Virus record (IMG/VR): IMGVR_UViG_3300010160_000037
Coordinates: 12,147-76,146 of that record
DNA length: 64,000 nucleotides
From: a virus
Strand: one strand, 5' to 3'
The notes below the pieces were generated by a model, which saw only the letters and a program-made list of their open reading frames with translations, had not been told where the DNA came from and ran no database searches. Shown one piece after another: positions 61,901-64,000 of the stretch (positions are counted from its first letter, which is position 1; each line of letters starts with the position of its first letter). The position numbers and the translations under genes are program-made.

Positions 61901-62336
61901 ACAAACTGTTAGAATTAACCCGATCGCCACATTAAATGGTTCTGGTATTTTAAACTTTGGTAACTACAGCAGAAGCAACAGTACAAGTGCGCTAGATCGT
62001 ATTAACGTATCTCGTTTAGTAGCTTATGTACGTCGTCAGTTAGATCTAATTGTTCGTCCATACTTGTTCGAACCAAATGATCAGTTAACACGTAACGAAG
62101 TTAAGAACGCAGTTGAAAGTTTCTTATTAGAGTTGGTTGGACAACGTGCCCTATATGACTTTATCGTTGTATGCGACACAAGCAATAACACCACGGCACG
62201 TATTGATCGTTCTGAATTATGGGTTGATATTGCGATAGAACCAGTTAAAGCAGTTGAATTTATTTACATTCCAGTTCGCTTGCTAAACACCGGCGCAATT
62301 AAATCAGGAAACTATGGCCAGGTATCAACGGGCTAA
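58968..62336 (+). CDS. gp18: contractile tail sheath protein (1122 aa)
   Basis: L.SPGVSV...NES start; VPPS, WFAPAG.RRG, INPI, SALDRINV.RL, FEPND..TR, V.CD.SNNT..IDR.EL..DI.IEPVKAVEFI motifs; GGAG SD before ATG 58968. Confidence 0.95.
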   Translation: MATLNSPGVSVSIVNESFYTPAAPGTVPLIFIATAANKQNSSGTGTAAGTTSKYKNQVWTITSQRDLTDTFGTPFFEVDSGNNPVNGGERNEYGLQAAYSVLGVSSRVFVARADVDLGQLVGESSAPVGAPTGGTYWLDTTNTKFGVFEWNATSGSFSVQSLSVIDTTNSAISTVNDDGVTIQPGFGALGSYAICTDHGNTNVAQYKNQDGNWVIVGSSGETAFATNANVSTFKSTSWVTSYPTVASTTSTTNASFASASGSLIINGTTVAVSTASTVATIAASINSTLHTSGIGAKAEAGKLNIYVDALPGTVTIGGTNSTLATLGYSAKTYYGPQLFVGPHTQYPDFSARPSGSVYVKTTSPNQGASWIVKQYNATAQNWTQIAAPIYPDAQTAIYNLDKASGGSKISVGTLFVESNFNHGNGTATTSSNFASLTDFRIWRRSAVAPTTITSTSLSPAPTLPNGSVLTIKESVPGSSALTNEVAVTLVGTTLAALVTNINAGGLTYTSAVANADGTISIVHSTGGEIKFNDPGSILSAAGFAPYTYSTIADTWTGTTNFYAAGTKEVDGYDFKASNWAPLVFTSLKTAPTSSPADSTLWYSNVFNTVDIMYHNGTKWTGYKNAFPASDPAGPIISVTQPVTQSTGAALANGDVWIQTGDMDMYGKDFYVYNGNTLKWEAQDPTDQTSPNGWVFHDARWAANGYATTAGTLPQLLVSDFVDPDAPDPGLYPRGTRLWNLRRSGYNVKQYIANYINVNDNNGVNIRTGDPMDGSNATVIYNTARWVSVSPNNADGSGAFGRHAQRGFVVKSFKALIDTTDALKDTDTLVFNLMACPGYPEAITNMVALNGDRAQTAFIIGDTPFRLKATGTEIQAYGSNAAKAVDNGEAGAVTRDDYTALFYPSGYANDNAGNYIVVPPSHMMLRTFINSDSKSYQWFAPAGVRRGTVDNASSVGYINAEGDFVPSALPQGIRDVMSLQTVRINPIATLNGSGILNFGNYSRSNSTSALDRINVSRLVAYVRRQLDLIVRPYLFEPNDQLTRNEVKNAVESFLLELVGQRALYDFIVVCDTSNNTTARIDRSELWVDIAIEPVKAVEFIYIPVRLLNTGAIKSGNYGQVSTG

Positions 62337-62374
62337 TGGGAATGGTAAATAACATAGAACAAGGAGCATATTAA

Positions 62375-63001
62375 ATGGCTATTGCAAGTTTAAGTAAATT
62401 ATCTGTACCACTACCCCCAGGTCAAAGTTCAACGAGCCAAGGCTTGTTGATGCCGAAGCTAAAGTACAGATTTCGTGTAACATTAGAAAACTTTGGAGTA
62501 TCAAAACCTACTTCAGAAATGACTAAACAAGTCGTAACTGTTGGTCGTCCTAACTTGAGTTTTGACGAAGTTGAACTACATGTTTATAACAGCCGTGTAA
62601 AATACGCTGGTAAGCATAAGTGGGAAGACATCCAATTGGTTGTACGTGATGACGTTACGGGTGCTGTCAGCAGATTAGTTGGTGAGCAATTACAGAAACA
62701 ATTTGACTTCTTTGAACAAGCAGTCGCGGCTTCTGGTATTGATTATAAATTTACTACCAAGATTGAAATTCTTGACGGTGGTAACGGGGCATATACTCCT
62801 AACGTATTAGAAACATTTGAATTGTTAGGTTGCTATGTGAAACAGGCACAATACCAACAAGGCGATTACAGTTCTTCAGATGCTATGGATATCACATTAT
62901 CAATTGCTTACGATAACGCAATCCAAACAGACGTTACTGGTAACCCAATTGGTATTGGTGTAGCAGTTGGACGTACACTAGGTACATTGGCTACAGGCTA
63001 A
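62375..63001 (+). CDS. gp19: tail tube protein
   Basis: PKLKYRFRV, RPNLSF, YAGKH.W..I....RDD, Y.SSD...I.L.I.YDNA motifs; follows sheath gene. Confidence 0.85.
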   Translation: MAIASLSKLSVPLPPGQSSTSQGLLMPKLKYRFRVTLENFGVSKPTSEMTKQVVTVGRPNLSFDEVELHVYNSRVKYAGKHKWEDIQLVVRDDVTGAVSRLVGEQLQKQFDFFEQAVAASGIDYKFTTKIEILDGGNGAYTPNVLETFELLGCYVKQAQYQQGDYSSSDAMDITLSIAYDNAIQTDVTGNPIGIGVAVGRTLGTLATG

Positions 63002-63017
63002 TCTATCAGTAAAATAC

Positions 63018-63047
63018 AAAAACCTGGATTTACCTCCAGGTTTTTTT
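63018..63047 (+). terminator. intrinsic terminator after tube gene
   Basis: AAAAACCTGGA-TTTACC-TCCAGGTTTTTTT. Confidence 0.85.
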
Positions 63048-63063
63048 ACGACTAAATATTCAT

Positions 63064-64000
63064 ATGCCATCCATAGTTGAATATCTCTCAGGTTTTACAA
63101 ATCAAGGTAACATGCATGATTTCCAACATGCAAGTCGCTTATATCTCGACGACAACTTCGCCCTCGCTCCAAAAACAAGCTGGATCTATTACGTAGTGTT
63201 TTCAATTAATCCCGCCGCTATATCAGAAGTACAGTGGAATGAACTGAAGCGGGGATATGAAGCAGGTATGTTAGTTAAAGCCTGCGACTTACCTAAATTT
63301 AAAATTCAAGTTGAAACACTAAATCAATATAATAGAAAAACACTGATACAACAAAAAATTAGTTACGAACCTATATCAATGACATTCCATGATGATATGA
63401 GTAACGTTACAAACAGCTTGTGGGTAAACTATTTTAGATACTACTATAGAGATACCTGGTGGGGACAAGCAGTAAAAACAAATAGTCAATTTGGTGCAGG
63501 TGATAAAACAAAATCAAACTACGGAAATACAAAGTACCAAACAGGACCCTCTCTTAAAGATGCAACTGGCCGACCAGGTGGCGCAGGAAAATTTGGTCTA
63601 AATAATAATCAAAGTGTTCCGTTTTTTAATGCTATAACAATATATCAATTAAATGCAAAACGTTTTACGAGCTATGTCTTAGTAAATCCATTGATTGAGA
63701 GTTGGGAACACGACCAACTTGATCAGTCATCAGGTAATAAGTTTGCACAGAGTAGATGTTTACTAGGATACGAGACTGTATTCTATGGCGAAGGCCGAGT
63801 GTCAAGAGATAACCCATCGGGATTTGCAACATTCCATTACGATCTAACTCCTAGCCCGTTAAGCATTGCAGGTGGGGGCAACTCAACTATATTTGGACCG
63901 GGCGGTATTTTATCAGGTACACAAGATTTGTTTGGAACCACTGATAAGTTATTAAGCGGCAACTCAATTAGCTCACTAGGCTCTATTGTTGGTGTAGGAA
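63064..64000 (+). CDS. tube-fold baseplate protein (gp48/gp54-like), 3' truncated by window
   Basis: Not in ORF track. MPSIVEYL...DFQHASRLY...LAPK...GMLVKACDLPKF.I.VETLNQYNRK..IQQKI.YEPI..TFHDD; TAAATA at 63053-63058. Confidence 0.7.
   Translation, partial: MPSIVEYLSGFTNQGNMHDFQHASRLYLDDNFALAPKTSWIYYVVFSINPAAISEVQWNELKRGYEAGMLVKACDLPKFKIQVETLNQYNRKTLIQQKISYEPISMTFHDDMSNVTNSLWVNYFRYYYRDTWWGQAVKTNSQFGAGDKTKSNYGNTKYQTGPSLKDATGRPGGAGKFGLNNNQSVPFFNAITIYQLNAKRFTSYVLVNPLIESWEHDQLDQSSGNKFAQSRCLLGYETVFYGEGRVSRDNPSGFATFHYDLTPSPLSIAGGGNSTIFGPGGILSGTQDLFGTTDKLLSGNSISSLGSIVGVG

Noticed and set aside
1-64000. Stop-codon reassignment as in some large phages
   Set aside because: Conserved genes are intact under the standard code, and TAA, TAG and TGA all end genes.

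Overview
This window is the virion-morphogenesis region of a large T4-like myophage in the standard genetic code; the host cannot be determined from it. In order it holds: the end of a GIY-YIG-like gene; a hairpin-rich 450-nt non-coding stretch; a gp26/gp51-like pair joined by a probable -1 frameshift; a tape-measure-like gene; the head module (portal gp20, core, protease gp21, scaffold gp22, capsid gp23); about 36 kb of fibre/adhesin genes (including 3278, 2297, 4531 and 838 aa); a four-gene cassette ending in a U32-family/SAM-methyltransferase fusion; then Nudix, gp15, gp14, gp13, dNMP kinase, a degenerate HNH, sheath gp18, tube gp19 and a partial tube-like baseplate gene. TAAATA late-promoter boxes punctuate the region. 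The most striking observation is that the 3278-aa putative virion protein carries 15 repeats of about 145-165 aa that align by eye to phycobiliprotein (globin-fold) subunits, each keeping the bilin-attachment C-x-R-D motif. All assignments come from motif recognition by eye; no searches were run.
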